A DNA stretch of 64,000 nt, from assembly GCA_026023565.1 (NCBI GenBank), contig JAPETS010000004.1:124001-188000 (forward strand), given 5' to 3'. The notes below the pieces were generated by a model. It had not been told where the DNA came from. It did no database searches and worked only from the letters and a program-made list of their open reading frames with translations. Positions 49,285 through 60,016 of this stretch are shown here, piece by piece. The DNA is from Cirrosporium novae-zelandiae. Lineage: Eukaryota. Within the stretch, counting starts at the first letter, position 1, and every line of letters begins with the position of its first letter. Made by a program: the position numbers and the translations under genes.

Positions 49285-51197
49285 ATGGGTTCTTCAGCTT
49301 CACTCCATGAAGATACAGCAGTAACCAATCCATCGCAAAAGATACGTTGGTTTAGCTGGCATGAACCTGGTACTTCAAAGGAAGAAAAACGCCTCATCTT
49401 CAAGCTTGACTGGTTTATTCTAAGTTATAGCTGTCTGGCAAGTCTCCATCTAGAATTTCCCTTCACTAGATAAATCCCTCCTAACTATCCGACACAGTGC
49501 TTTTTCAACAAGTACCTTGACCAGCAAAATGTCACCAATGCCTACTCTTCTGGTATGAGCGACGACCTGGGTTTCGGCCCTGGGAATGAACTTAGCAAAA
49601 TGAACACATATTTCAACATTGGTATAATTCTAGGAGCCCCAATTTCTAACCTCCTAATCACTATAATCCGGCCTTCGCGATGGCTACCTCTGTGCATGAC
49701 CGCCTGGTCACTATTCGTCCTGTTTCTGTATAAATGCAACACGGCACCTCAGTTCTACGGGCTGAGATTTTGTATCGGGTTTTTTGAGTCAGCTGCATTT
49801 CCAGGCGTGCACTATGTACTTGGATGCTGGTATCGGAAATCTGAACTCGCGAGACGCAGCTCCCTCTTCGTCATTTCGGGAGTCCTAGGCCAGATGTTTT
49901 CGGGATACTTGCAGGCAGCCCTATTCACGGGCATGGACGGCAAGGGAGGCATGGCAGCGTGGAGATGGTTATTCATCTTTGATTTCTTGCTCGCTATCCC
50001 GATTGCCTTGTATGGCTTTGTGAGCCTGATTCCCCCTTTTTTTTGAAGCACAATGAGGAAGTCATTCTAACCAAATAAAGTTCTGCTTCCCTGATACACC
50101 TCACACGACTAGCGCATGGTACCTGAATGAATGGGAACGACGACGTGCTTGTGAACGGATAGACGAGGAGGGTCGAGCTCCTGTTGGGAAGATGGACCTG
50201 TCCGTCTTGAAACGGATCCTCACGTCCTGGCAATTTTATGTCTTCAGTTTAGCGTATGTAGCTTAGTCTTCCCTCCTCCTCCTCATCCCCCGTTCTCTCA
50301 AATACCCGTCACTAACATCAGTTACCTCTCACAAACAGCTGGAGCTTCTGGAGTCTAACCTGCGGCTCCTACGTGATGCAATGGATGACGCTCTGGTTAA
50401 AAGAAGAAAACTATTCGGTCGTGAACATAAACAATATCCCCACGGTCATCGGCGCCGTAAACTTCGTCTTCATGATAAGTACCGGATACGTTTCCGACAA
50501 AATCGGTATGTATACTTCTCTCTCTCTCTGTCTCTTGTCACCCCGCAACTAATCCCCCCAATCCACATAGGCACCCGCGCCCCCGTCACCCTCGCCGTCG
50601 GCACCCTCCTTACATTCTGCTACATAATCCTAACGATCTGGGACGTGCCCCGCGGCCTGAAAATGGCCGCCTTCTTTCTAACTGGCTGCTACGGCTGCTT
50701 CTCCCCACTGATTGCGGGCTGGTGCAACACCCTTTGCGGGGGCGACCAGCAACTTCGCGCCTTCACACTTGCTTGGATGGGGAGTTTGGGAAGGTATGTG
50801 TTCAAATATTTTTTTTCTTTCCATCACCATCCACCATCCACCATCCACCATCCACATCCATATAAATCAAAACTAACCGGGTCTTTTTTCTCTGCATAGT
50901 GGTCTCGTAACCCCCTTTCAGCAATACATGTTCCCTTCCTCAGATGGACCCGAATACCGAAGCACGCACGGCTATCCCGCCGGCCTCGCCTTCGTCATTG
51001 CCCTTACCGTTTGGCTTTCATTTGGAATTCCTTCCGTCGAAAGGTGGAAGAAGTCCGGCAGTGAAGGGAGGAATGGTGGAAATGGGACTGTGGAAGAAGA
51101 GGAAAGTGGGGCCGTGGTTGTGGATGTGGATGTGAGTTTAGATGGCGATAGTGATGGGAAGGGGGAGAGGCCAAAGGCGTTTGATCTGAAGGGATAA
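49285..51197 (+). CDS. MFS transporter, anion:cation symporter (allantoate/pantothenate permease, Fen2/Seo1-like) family (~511 aa); introns 49438-49497 (GC-AG), 50020-50080, 50254-50338, 50506-50570, 50794-50899
   Basis: EKRLIFKLDWFILSY, KYLDQQNVTNAY.SGM, RFCIGFFES, LGCWYRKSELARR, GQMFSGYLQ, G.AAWRWLFI, PDTP. Confidence 0.9.
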
Positions 51198-51634
51198 TTA
51201 GTCTAGCGGGAAAGACTGATGGGGTTATTTGACCGGAAAAGTAAAAAAGGTTGTCTTTTTTTATTTATGGGTTTAATCTTTATTACTATCACCACTATCA
51301 CCAATGACTCTCGGGCCTGAGAACCAAAAAAAACACCATATATATTCTTCATACAAGACCAGCCACAAATTTAGTCGCCACGTTACTGAAGGCCCTCCCC
51401 AAAATACATCTAACAAACCCAGTTATTAGATGCATTTACTTTACATATAGAAAGATGAAAGAGAAATAGCAGTTACAAATTAAAATGGGAGAAATGATTT
51501 ATGTTCATGTTTTTGTAAAGCTAGTAGGAGGGAATGTGCAGTTTCTCTCTCTCTCGATATATAGATAACAAAATTAACCAGCTCACCTAAATTCAATCCG
51601 TCTTCAACTACTTTTTATTTACGTTGGTTAAAAC

Positions 51635-52808
51635 CTAAAGCCTGTCGGATTCCTTTAGGGGTAGGATATCCGGTAGCGGACCTGCGGGAACTATGAGATC
51701 GCCGGGGCGGATATCGCGGCCTTTGCATAGGGCTTTTAAGTAGCCAAGCTTGTACTAGAATTAGTATATGTTAGTTTCGGAGGGTTGGATGTTCGTCTCA
51801 GCAAGCATGGGAGGGAAAGGAAAGGGAAGAGGGATGGTGATATATACCAGATCGAAATAGGTTGTCTTCTTGAAGGCTCCGAAGTTGGTTCTCTCGGATT
51901 CATCCCAATAGAGCCTCCAGAACCAGAGATGCAGATTTGGATAGTCGAGTCTAATCATCTTGATATTGCATTCTCAAAGCGTGTAATATGCGACATCGAA
52001 GCGGCCGATTGTGGCGTATAATCGGATGTCAGCCTCTGTGATACTCTCACCGAATAGGAAGGGGCCGTGGCCCGGCTGCCCTAGATGCTCTTCCAGGCGA
52101 TCTAGGGATTTGAAGAGACGATATACATTAGCATCATAACCCTCCTGCGTTTTAGCGAGGCCGGTCTTGTAGACGCCGATGTTGACGGTATCGTAGACCC
52201 ATTCGTTCATCTCGTCGATTTCTTTGCGCAGGTGCTCGGGGTAGAATCCCCCGCCAGGGCAGTTTTCACCCCGCATCTTCTCCGGCAGCAGGTCGTCAAA
52301 CTCGGAATAGAACATCCGGATGATTTCGCTGCTTTCGTTGTTCACGATCGTTTCTTTTTTCTTGTCCCATAGCACGAGGACGGAATATGCTCCCACGTAG
52401 TCTGGACTTGCCTTCTCGTATAGTTGCTTCATGTATTTGAACCCGTAGAGAGGATCTTTTTCATCCGTCCCCTTTCGTCCGGAGAAGGACCAACCATTGG
52501 GACCAAGTTCATAGTCGGTGATAGCGAGTTGAATAACATCCTCGAGGCCTTTGAGAGAGCGAACGATGTTTGCACGATGCGCGAAGGGGCATCCCCAGTT
52601 GAGGTAAAGGACGTAGCGATCACGCTCAGCAGGGAATTCGGCATTGGGAGAACGAGAGACAGAGGAACGGAAGGCGGAAGGTTTGAGTTTGAAATTGCCT
52701 TCATTCTATAGATATCGAGTAAGGGATTGAATACGAACACGAGCAAGAAGAAAATAAGCAAAGGTTTGGGGTAAAGAACTGGCTGAGGGATCTGACCTTG
52801 TCTGTCAT
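51635..52808 (-). pseudogene. Omega/xi-class GST (glutathionyl-hydroquinone reductase, ECM4/YqjG-like) with in-frame TGA at 51974-51976; introns 52706-52796 and 51755-51847
   Basis: FPAERDRYVLY...CPFAHR...LKGLEDVI, VLWDKKKETIVNNESSEIIR, VYDTVNIGVYKTG, TEADIRLY.TI.RFDVAYYTL*ECNIKMIR.DYP, IVPAGP. Confidence 0.85.
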
Positions 52809-53568
52809 GATTTCTTACTTGTTGGACCTCTATTGGGTTCGCTTTTTGTGGATTGATGATCTGTAGAGCAAAACAAATGACTGGCAGCTTTAAAATGTCT
52901 GAGCGTTTACTACTTAAACAGTAGATGGTCAATTAAGCTCAAGAACCCAAAGACATTATCTTGATGTATACATGCATGACTTCATTTTAGATTATTCAAA
53001 GGTCAAGCGTGGTTAGCAAATTCATGATTCTAGACTAAGCTGATCCTTCACAGTGGGTAAAGTCGGGGAATAAATAGGATAACTAACTAGGATAAAATGT
53101 TGAGGATGAAGGAAGGAACATGTATTATAGCTGGGATACCGTGGATGATTTGTAGGATAACTTGATGGACAAATACTAGAGTTGAATCATAATTTGCATT
53201 AAAATATGCATTGGCCTGCCTTAGGCGGACGGTCATCTGACTTCACTTTGTACGACCAAGCGGACTTCTCACAAAACTTGGCAGCGGGGAATCCAAGACA
53301 TATCAACCAAATATAGAAATATCTTACCTTTACTTATACTCGAATTCTAACCCAGCATGATCAACTACCTAACAGCTCAAGCTTATCCCCGCAATTTAAT
53401 AACAACGAGAGTTAATACTCTTCTTTGAATGTAACATAAAGCTTTCATTTTGTCCCTGGAATGATCACTGCTTCTCGCTGAGCCACCTGGGTAATATTAT
53501 GTTTTGGATCCATCTCGTATTTAGCCATGAGACCTTCGTGATTATGGAGCTTCATCATTCAGATGATG

Positions 53569-53595
53569 TGTTGTTGTTGTTGTTGTTGTTGTTGT
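53569..53595. repeat. (TGT)n microsatellite
   Basis: tgttgttgttgt... run upstream of the cerato-platanin gene. Confidence 0.85.
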
Positions 53596-53842
53596 CCATC
53601 GTTCAATTTCTGCCAAGGAGCTGCGGAGGAGATAGGAAGATGATCTATTCCTTCCTCACTTGAATAATGTATAAAGGACCTGTCTTCTCCGTCCAGAAAA
53701 AAAAATCATTGCATCCTCTCCACGCATTAGAAACTCAAGCATTCAGATAATATCTCCATAGCCACTTGCTATTTTACCTACATTCTCCAAGAACAGTCAC
53801 TCAATCCTTCCACAAACACCTAACTCATCATCCACCATCAAC

Positions 53843-54262
53843 ATGCAATTCAAGTTCCTCATCACTCTCTCCACCCTCTCCCTCCTATCCCTCACCACAG
53901 CCATTCGTGTCTCTTATGACAATGGCTATGATGATGGCAGCCGGTCCCTTTCGGCCGTCTCCTGCAGCGACGGCACCAATGGCCTCCTAACAAAGGGCTA
54001 CACGACGCAATCCTCACTCCCGAGCTTCCCTAACATTGGTGGTGCATCCACCATTGCTGGTTGGAACGATGCCAACTGCGGCAAGTGCTACAGCCTAACC
54101 TACAACGGCAGAACTATCAACGTCCTTGCCATTGACCATGCCGCCACCGGCTTCAATATCGCCCAGGAGGCTATGGATACCCTGACCAATGGTCAGGCCG
54201 TCATGTTGGGCTCTATCGATGCTACGTACGCCGAGGTCGCTGCTTCTGCTTGTGGCATGTAA
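53843..54262 (+). CDS. Cerato-platanin family secreted protein (SnodProt/Epl1/Sm1-like)
   Basis: Signal peptide, [65 protein letters not shown]. Confidence 0.96.
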   Translation: MQFKFLITLSTLSLLSLTTAIRVSYDNGYDDGSRSLSAVSCSDGTNGLLTKGYTTQSSLPSFPNIGGASTIAGWNDANCGKCYSLTYNGRTINVLAIDHAATGFNIAQEAMDTLTNGQAVMLGSIDATYAEVAASACGM

Positions 54263-54490
54263 TTGTCATGGCAGGGAATGTCTCTGTTAATAAAATATCG
54301 AGTTGACTGACTACCTGGGAACGATTCAACTGGGATGGTAAGCGATGCCTTCAGCTCCATCCATCCCAAACTTACGACGATGGAGCGAACGAAAAACGAA
54401 AGAATAGCATGGGAGCAAACATGGATATTTCGGGGTAGTTTAATTTTATCTACAATAATTACTATTTAGCATTTTATATATGACCATATC

Positions 54491-54639
54491 TGTTATGGTT
54501 CCCTATTAGGCTAGACCTTAGGGCACGCACCCTAGGCTCACCTTATAAGGTGAGCCTCCACCCTAGCTTAGCATCTTCAACCAATACATTATCCACATAG
54601 TCACACCCAGATATTCACCATATCCTAGGCGTCGTGACA
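54491..54639. mobile_element. Solo LTR (149 bp) with 5-bp target-site duplication ATATC
   Basis: Starts TGTTATG and ends CGTGACA (imperfect terminal inverted repeat). ATATC lies at both 54486-54490 and 54640-54644. Internal palindrome centred on TATA. Confidence 0.8.
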
Positions 54640-55484
54640 ATATCCCATAATCATCACATCATTCATACTCACACACGCCAAAGTAAATCAACTACAAAGC
54701 ACACATTCACCATTTGCCTCCAATGCCTTCACTTAAACTAAACTTTTCCATCTATTATAATAAGTAGGCCCGATTAATCTAACTCACTACAACTAACCTA
54801 GATAATTACTGTTGTTAACTGCTTAGGTAGATAGTCTAAACCAATTCTAGAGTTATATGAACAGAAATTTTACTTTTGTACTGTGTATCAATGTATCATT
54901 TAATTGAATTTCATCGATATCTAGTCCCTAGCTACCTAGGCACGTGCTAGGTAACCAAGCAAGGTTGGACAAGGGCCAAACCTAATAACGACTATTTACC
55001 TTTATATGGACGGACGGTAAGAAAGTAAAAACAAAACAAAAAACAATATAAAATGTGGCGGGTTTCAATTATTTCCTTTTTTTGCTTCTGTATTACATAC
55101 ACACATAATTAGATAGCCATGGTTACCACGGGATGGCAACAAATATGCTAAACATCGCCGAACAGTAGAACTTATAGGGGTATCGTAGCCAAAAGGAGTG
55201 TCATGAATCCTCCCCAGGTGTGAGTAGTTTGATTTCATGTAGCCGTCAATTCAATTCAATCAATTGATCCCGGTCCGCCGTGTCGATTTCGACACCCATC
55301 CCCTATCCCCTCCCTTTCTTTTTCCTCTCTTCCATTATGGATCCTGTTATTCCAAAAGAAAGCGCTATTTATGTACTTATGCACTGTAACCATCTCCATC
55401 AACGATGCCCATCAAAAACCTGCCTCCATCCCTCTCCAGATCTCTCCGATCTCAATCCCATTTGTCTATCCCCTAAGATAACGC

Positions 55485-58265
55485 TCAAGCCTCAGTACCA
55501 TTCCCATTCGTCTGTGCGGGCATAGCCTCGGCCGCATTAAGCTTACCGATGAGTTTGGCGTTCTGGTCTTTGAGCTGAAGCTCCGACTTTTCCGCACGGT
55601 CTTTGGCTTCAGTTACGGCCTTGAGTTCCTCGTCTACGCTTTCCTTGGCGTCGTTAGCAGCCGCAAGCTGGGATTCTGCCTCGGCCTTTGCGGATTCGGC
55701 AGCGCTAAGTTTAGCATCAAGATCAGATTTAGCGGCTTGGATAGCCTTAAGATCTTCCTCGGTGCTAGTGACTTTGCTTTCGATCTCTTTCAGTTGAGTT
55801 TCAGCGGATTCCTTGGCTGACGATGCGGCAGCAAGCTTCTCCTCCGCCTCCTGCTTAGCACTTTCTACAGCAGCAGCCTTCTCCTCTGCTTCTTGTTTAG
55901 CGCTCTCGGCGGTAGCAAGTTTCTCCTCTGCCTTTTTTTTAGAACTTTCTGCAGTAACAAGCTTCTCCTCTGCTTCTTGTTTAGCGCTTTCGGCGGTAGC
56001 AAGCTTCTCTTCTGCTTCTTTTTTAGAATTTTCGGTAGTAGTAAGCTTCTCTTTCGCTTCTTGTTTAGAACTCTCGGCTGTAGCGAGCTTCTCTTCTGCT
56101 TCTTGCTTGGCACTTTCTGCGGCAGCAAGCTTCTCTTCTGCTTCTTGCTTGGCACTTTCTACAGCAGCAGCCTTCTCCTCTGCTTCTTGTTTAGCGCTCT
56201 CGGCGGTAGCAAGCTTCTCCTCTGCTTCTTGTTTAGCGCTCTCGGCGGTAGCAAGTTTCTCCTCTGCCTTTTTTTTAGAACTTTCTGCAGTAGCAAGCTT
56301 CTCTTCTGCTTCTTGTTTAGCACTCTCCGCGGCAGCAACCTTGGTCTCCAGATCGGCCTTTGCTGCATTAGCGGCATCGACCTTTTGGCTGTTCTCCTGT
56401 TCACCATTCTTCGCTGCATCAAGCTCTTCTACGAGTTTGATCTTTTCAGTTTCAGCTGCGGCAGCCTTCTCTTCGGCCAGCTTGAGAGATGCTTCGGCGG
56501 ATCCCTTAGCCTCAGTTGCAGCCTCGAGTCTGGTGGAAAGCTTAGACTTTTCGGCTTCGAGATCCCGGACCGCCTTAGTAGCCTTTGCTACCTCTTCTTT
56601 ATCTACACTCAGATTGCCGGTAGCTGTCTCGAGATCGGCCTTAAGGTTTGCAACTTCCTCCTGAGCAGCGGTAAGCTCGGCTTCCTTTGTAGCCAGGACA
56701 TCTGCAGCCTTTTGCTTATCGGCTTCAGCAGTCTTCAAGGATTCCTCCAACGAAGAAATGCGGGATGAAGCGGTCTGTTGCTCAACTCGAACATCCTCAA
56801 GATGCTTAGTGAGTTCTGAAATCTTGCCCTTGGCCGTTTCTAGGTCGGACGTGCTAGAAGTGAGGTCAGCTTCTGCGTTAGCCTTAGCTTCTTCTGCAGC
56901 TTTCAGCGAGGCCTCGACAGCAGCAAGTTTGTCTTTATCAGTCCGGTCAGACTTGACCTCTTCTAACTCAGTAGTAAGATCTGAAACCTTCGACTCGGCA
57001 GTAGTAAGAGCTGACTTGGCGCTCTCGTAGTTCTTTGTGGTTTCCTTAACTTCAGTAGTAAGCTTGGTAACTTGGGCTTGGGTATCTTCATGGCTCTTAG
57101 TGCTAGCTGCAAGGGCATCCTTGGTTTCGCTGTGACTATCCTCAGCTACCTTGACAGCCTTCTCGAGTTCTTCCTTCTTTGCCTGAAGATCTGCAATCTC
57201 AGCCTCCTTGGACTTGACGGTGTTCTCGAGCTCCTCAACTGCCTTGGTCTTCTCTTCCAATAAAGCCTTCAGGTCCGAAATCTCAGAAGCGTCAGCACCC
57301 CTGGCATTTTCGAGTTCATTCTTTACCTCTTCCAATGAAGATTCGGCAGTTGCCAGAGAAGCCTTGAGTTGAGTCAGTTGGGTTTCAGAGTTGTTGTAAG
57401 CTTGTGTCTTCTCTTCCAATGCCTTGGCAGTCTCTTCCTTTTGAGAGGCATATTCCTTAGCTTGTTCTTCGGTGGTAGCCTTGGCGTTGTTGAGTTCTGA
57501 TTGCAGAGCGGTAAGTTGAGATTTGAGAGATTCGGTGGCTTGGAGTGCCTCTTCAAGAGCTTTAGTGGATGTAGATTTATCGGATTGTAGTTCTGACTTG
57601 AGCTTCTCAATCTGAGCTTCGAATTCAACCTTTGCGGCTTGGCTGGTTTTGGTTGCTTCTTCTAATGATTTAGCAGACTCTCCTTGAAGTTGAGTGACTC
57701 TGTCCGAATGTTCTTTGGCGGCAGCTTCTACGGCGGATGAAGCGGCTTGTAGCTCGGCATTCTTTCCTTCAAGCTCAGCTTTTATGGAGGCGATCTGAGC
57801 TTCCAGTTCAGATTTGAGTGACTCCTTAGCATTCCTTTCCTCCTCTAGAGCCTTTGCAGATTCCTCTTGGAGACTTGTGTACTTATCGGCGTTCTCGGAT
57901 GCATCCTTCTTCGCAGCTTCTAGGTCTGCAATGGCCTTGTCAAGCTTAGTCTTGAGCTCGTCAATGTCAGTGCCAGTTCTTAATCTCAAATCAGCCATCT
58001 CGGATTTGGAAGTAGCAGACTCATGTTCCAACTCCGAGAGCTTCTGTGCTGTCTCAGCAACTTTGGACTCTAGATCCTTGTTTGTGGCGGCGAGGGCATC
58101 GTTAGACTCCCCCTTTGTCCGTGCATCCTCCTGGGACTTTTCTAACTCTTCTTTAGTCTGCTTGAGCTGAGATTCAAGATCATCTACTCGCTCGTTAAGT
58201 GGCTTTCCCTTGGGAGGAGCCGGCAAAGACCGCCTGCCAAAGATGTACTGATAAAACCGAAGCAT
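55485..58265 (-). CDS. Long alpha-helical coiled-coil protein (E/K/A-rich, ~926 aa) with 14-aa tandem repeats
   Basis: Uninterrupted ORF from ATG 58265, heptad-rich, with repeats AESAKQEAEEKLAT. Confidence 0.8.
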   Translation of the reverse strand: MLRFYQYIFGRRSLPAPPKGKPLNERVDDLESQLKQTKEELEKSQEDARTKGESNDALAATNKDLESKVAETAQKLSELEHESATSKSEMADLRLRTGTDIDELKTKLDKAIADLEAAKKDASENADKYTSLQEESAKALEEERNAKESLKSELEAQIASIKAELEGKNAELQAASSAVEAAAKEHSDRVTQLQGESAKSLEEATKTSQAAKVEFEAQIEKLKSELQSDKSTSTKALEEALQATESLKSQLTALQSELNNAKATTEEQAKEYASQKEETAKALEEKTQAYNNSETQLTQLKASLATAESSLEEVKNELENARGADASEISDLKALLEEKTKAVEELENTVKSKEAEIADLQAKKEELEKAVKVAEDSHSETKDALAASTKSHEDTQAQVTKLTTEVKETTKNYESAKSALTTAESKVSDLTTELEEVKSDRTDKDKLAAVEASLKAAEEAKANAEADLTSSTSDLETAKGKISELTKHLEDVRVEQQTASSRISSLEESLKTAEADKQKAADVLATKEAELTAAQEEVANLKADLETATGNLSVDKEEVAKATKAVRDLEAEKSKLSTRLEAATEAKGSAEASLKLAEEKAAAAETEKIKLVEELDAAKNGEQENSQKVDAANAAKADLETKVAAAESAKQEAEEKLATAESSKKKAEEKLATAESAKQEAEEKLATAESAKQEAEEKAAAVESAKQEAEEKLAAAESAKQEAEEKLATAESSKQEAKEKLTTTENSKKEAEEKLATAESAKQEAEEKLVTAESSKKKAEEKLATAESAKQEAEEKAAAVESAKQEAEEKLAAASSAKESAETQLKEIESKVTSTEEDLKAIQAAKSDLDAKLSAAESAKAEAESQLAAANDAKESVDEELKAVTEAKDRAEKSELQLKDQNAKLIGKLNAAEAMPAQTNGNGTEA
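55813..56340 (-). repeat. Coding 42-bp minisatellite, about 12 copies
   Basis: Repeated unit resembling tctgcttcttgtttagcgctctcggcggtagcaagcttctcc on the + strand. Confidence 0.9.
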
Positions 58266-59933
58266 TCTGTGTGAATCCTCTAGCAAATATGAACGAGGTG
58301 GGCACAGGATGTCCACAGGATGTCCACCTGTGAAGGTAAGGGTTGTCAAGGGAGTAAATTAGGGTGGATGGTTTTTTGCTTTATCAGTGTGCTGAGGATT
58401 CCTATTTGCTTTTTTTGTGAGTAGGTGTTACAAGGAAGATTCAAGATTCTGGATATGGAGAACATACTCAGAGAAAGGTAAGACCTCTGAGAGAGTAGTG
58501 ATTTCTACCCGTAATCCTATCACAAGCAAAGAAAGCTGCAAATAGTAGGTCAATTGGAAAGATATGCGGTGAAGGGTTGGAGTGGAGGATATTTTGGGGA
58601 AAAAAAAAAAAAATAGGTTGATACTTGACAACGAAAAGCTATGGCCAACAAATCATGTTATTGCAGTCCCAATCACGGGCCGACACGCAAAGAGAAGGAG
58701 GGGTGGGTGGAAATAGTTTGGTAGTAATTTGATGTAAAGTTTCTCTTGTGCCATTTGTGTGTGTTAGTAGTAGTAGAGTTATCACTACTATCACTATCAC
58801 TTGATCTACTTAGACTTAGCTCGCATGCCCCCTCTATCTCTACACTAAATTAGGCTTGGGGCTCCCTCAATTTCAGACAATATCTGCATCATCATGAACA
58901 TGTGGGATGGGTTATCCAAGCCCTTTTGAAGTAGGAGGAAATCTAAATTGAATTGATACACAATTAATACCTGTAACCTGAGGGCAATTGAGCCATATCT
59001 ACACAGTATCAAAAATTACCAAGATAACCATGCTAATCGAACCAATCAATTGATACTGTCAATGTGCATAACCCTTAGGAATCCGGACACCCCCGTAGCC
59101 CCCTTTTGGATCTTTATCCATGTCATGAGAGAGAGTATGTGTGTTCCTGCCCCCCATGAAATCAAATATCCCGGAAGCAAAAGGAAATCGGTAATTGATA
59201 AATTGTTGCCCGAGAAACAAGTAGAAAATCCCCCCGAGTTCTTCTCATTCTTTACTCATAATTACCTTCAATAAATGAAGTGGTGGTAATTGTACATGTA
59301 CAGTACAGTACAAAAGTTCTGTGTATGTATGGCCCCTGGCATTGATCAACGGTGCCTTCCAATACACATGATAACCTACCCTCATTCGTACGATTAAATG
59401 TCTAACTTTGTCTTAGCCACGTATGAAAATAGGCACATCACTCTCGTAGGTTTATGATCCTTTCCAATTTTTATTATGTACTGTGTATCAATCCATATGA
59501 TATACCTAGTTGTATGATACATATCTCCATTACCCAATACCCAATATTCCAATATGATTAATCAGGTACCAAATCTAGTCACTGCATTTCAGATGTTGTG
59601 CATGAATGTGTAACGATGTATCTTCTAAACATCCCGAACAAACCACAAACCGTGGAGGAATGATTAGCCTATCGCTCCTCCAGCTTCCAAATGATCGGCC
59701 ACGATATGATTCCAATAAAGCAGCAAGCCTAGTGGTTGCCACTGAACCCGGAAATCTGATGAAAAATTAATTAAGAATAGATATTATAATTTTCTCTGGG
59801 GAGAGAGAGTATTTATAGAAAATAAATGTGTATCTTCTAATCTAATAAGCCTAAATAAGGAATAGCTCCGGAAAAACAGTAATGCCAGATACCAGTTTTA
59901 AACAGTTATATTTTTTCACCTTCCAGTGGCAGT

Positions 59934-60016
59934 GGTCTCGTGGCCTAATGGTTAAGGCGCTGGTTTTCGGTACAGAATCTCACCAGAGATTGAGCGTTCG
60001 AATCGCTCCGAGATCG
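59934..60016 (+). tRNA. tRNA-Arg (anticodon UCG) with ~10-nt intron at 59971-59980
   Basis: Acceptor stem GGTCTCG/CGAGATC, D arm GCCT..AGGC, anticodon stem CTGGT/ACCAG, T arm GAGCG-TTCGAAT-CGCTC; downstream T7 Pol III terminator. Confidence 0.93.

Noticed and set aside
55603..58170. Long antisense ORFs (283 and 291 aa and others) over the coiled-coil gene
   Set aside because: Shadow ORFs caused by repetitive E/K/A codon usage on the opposite strand
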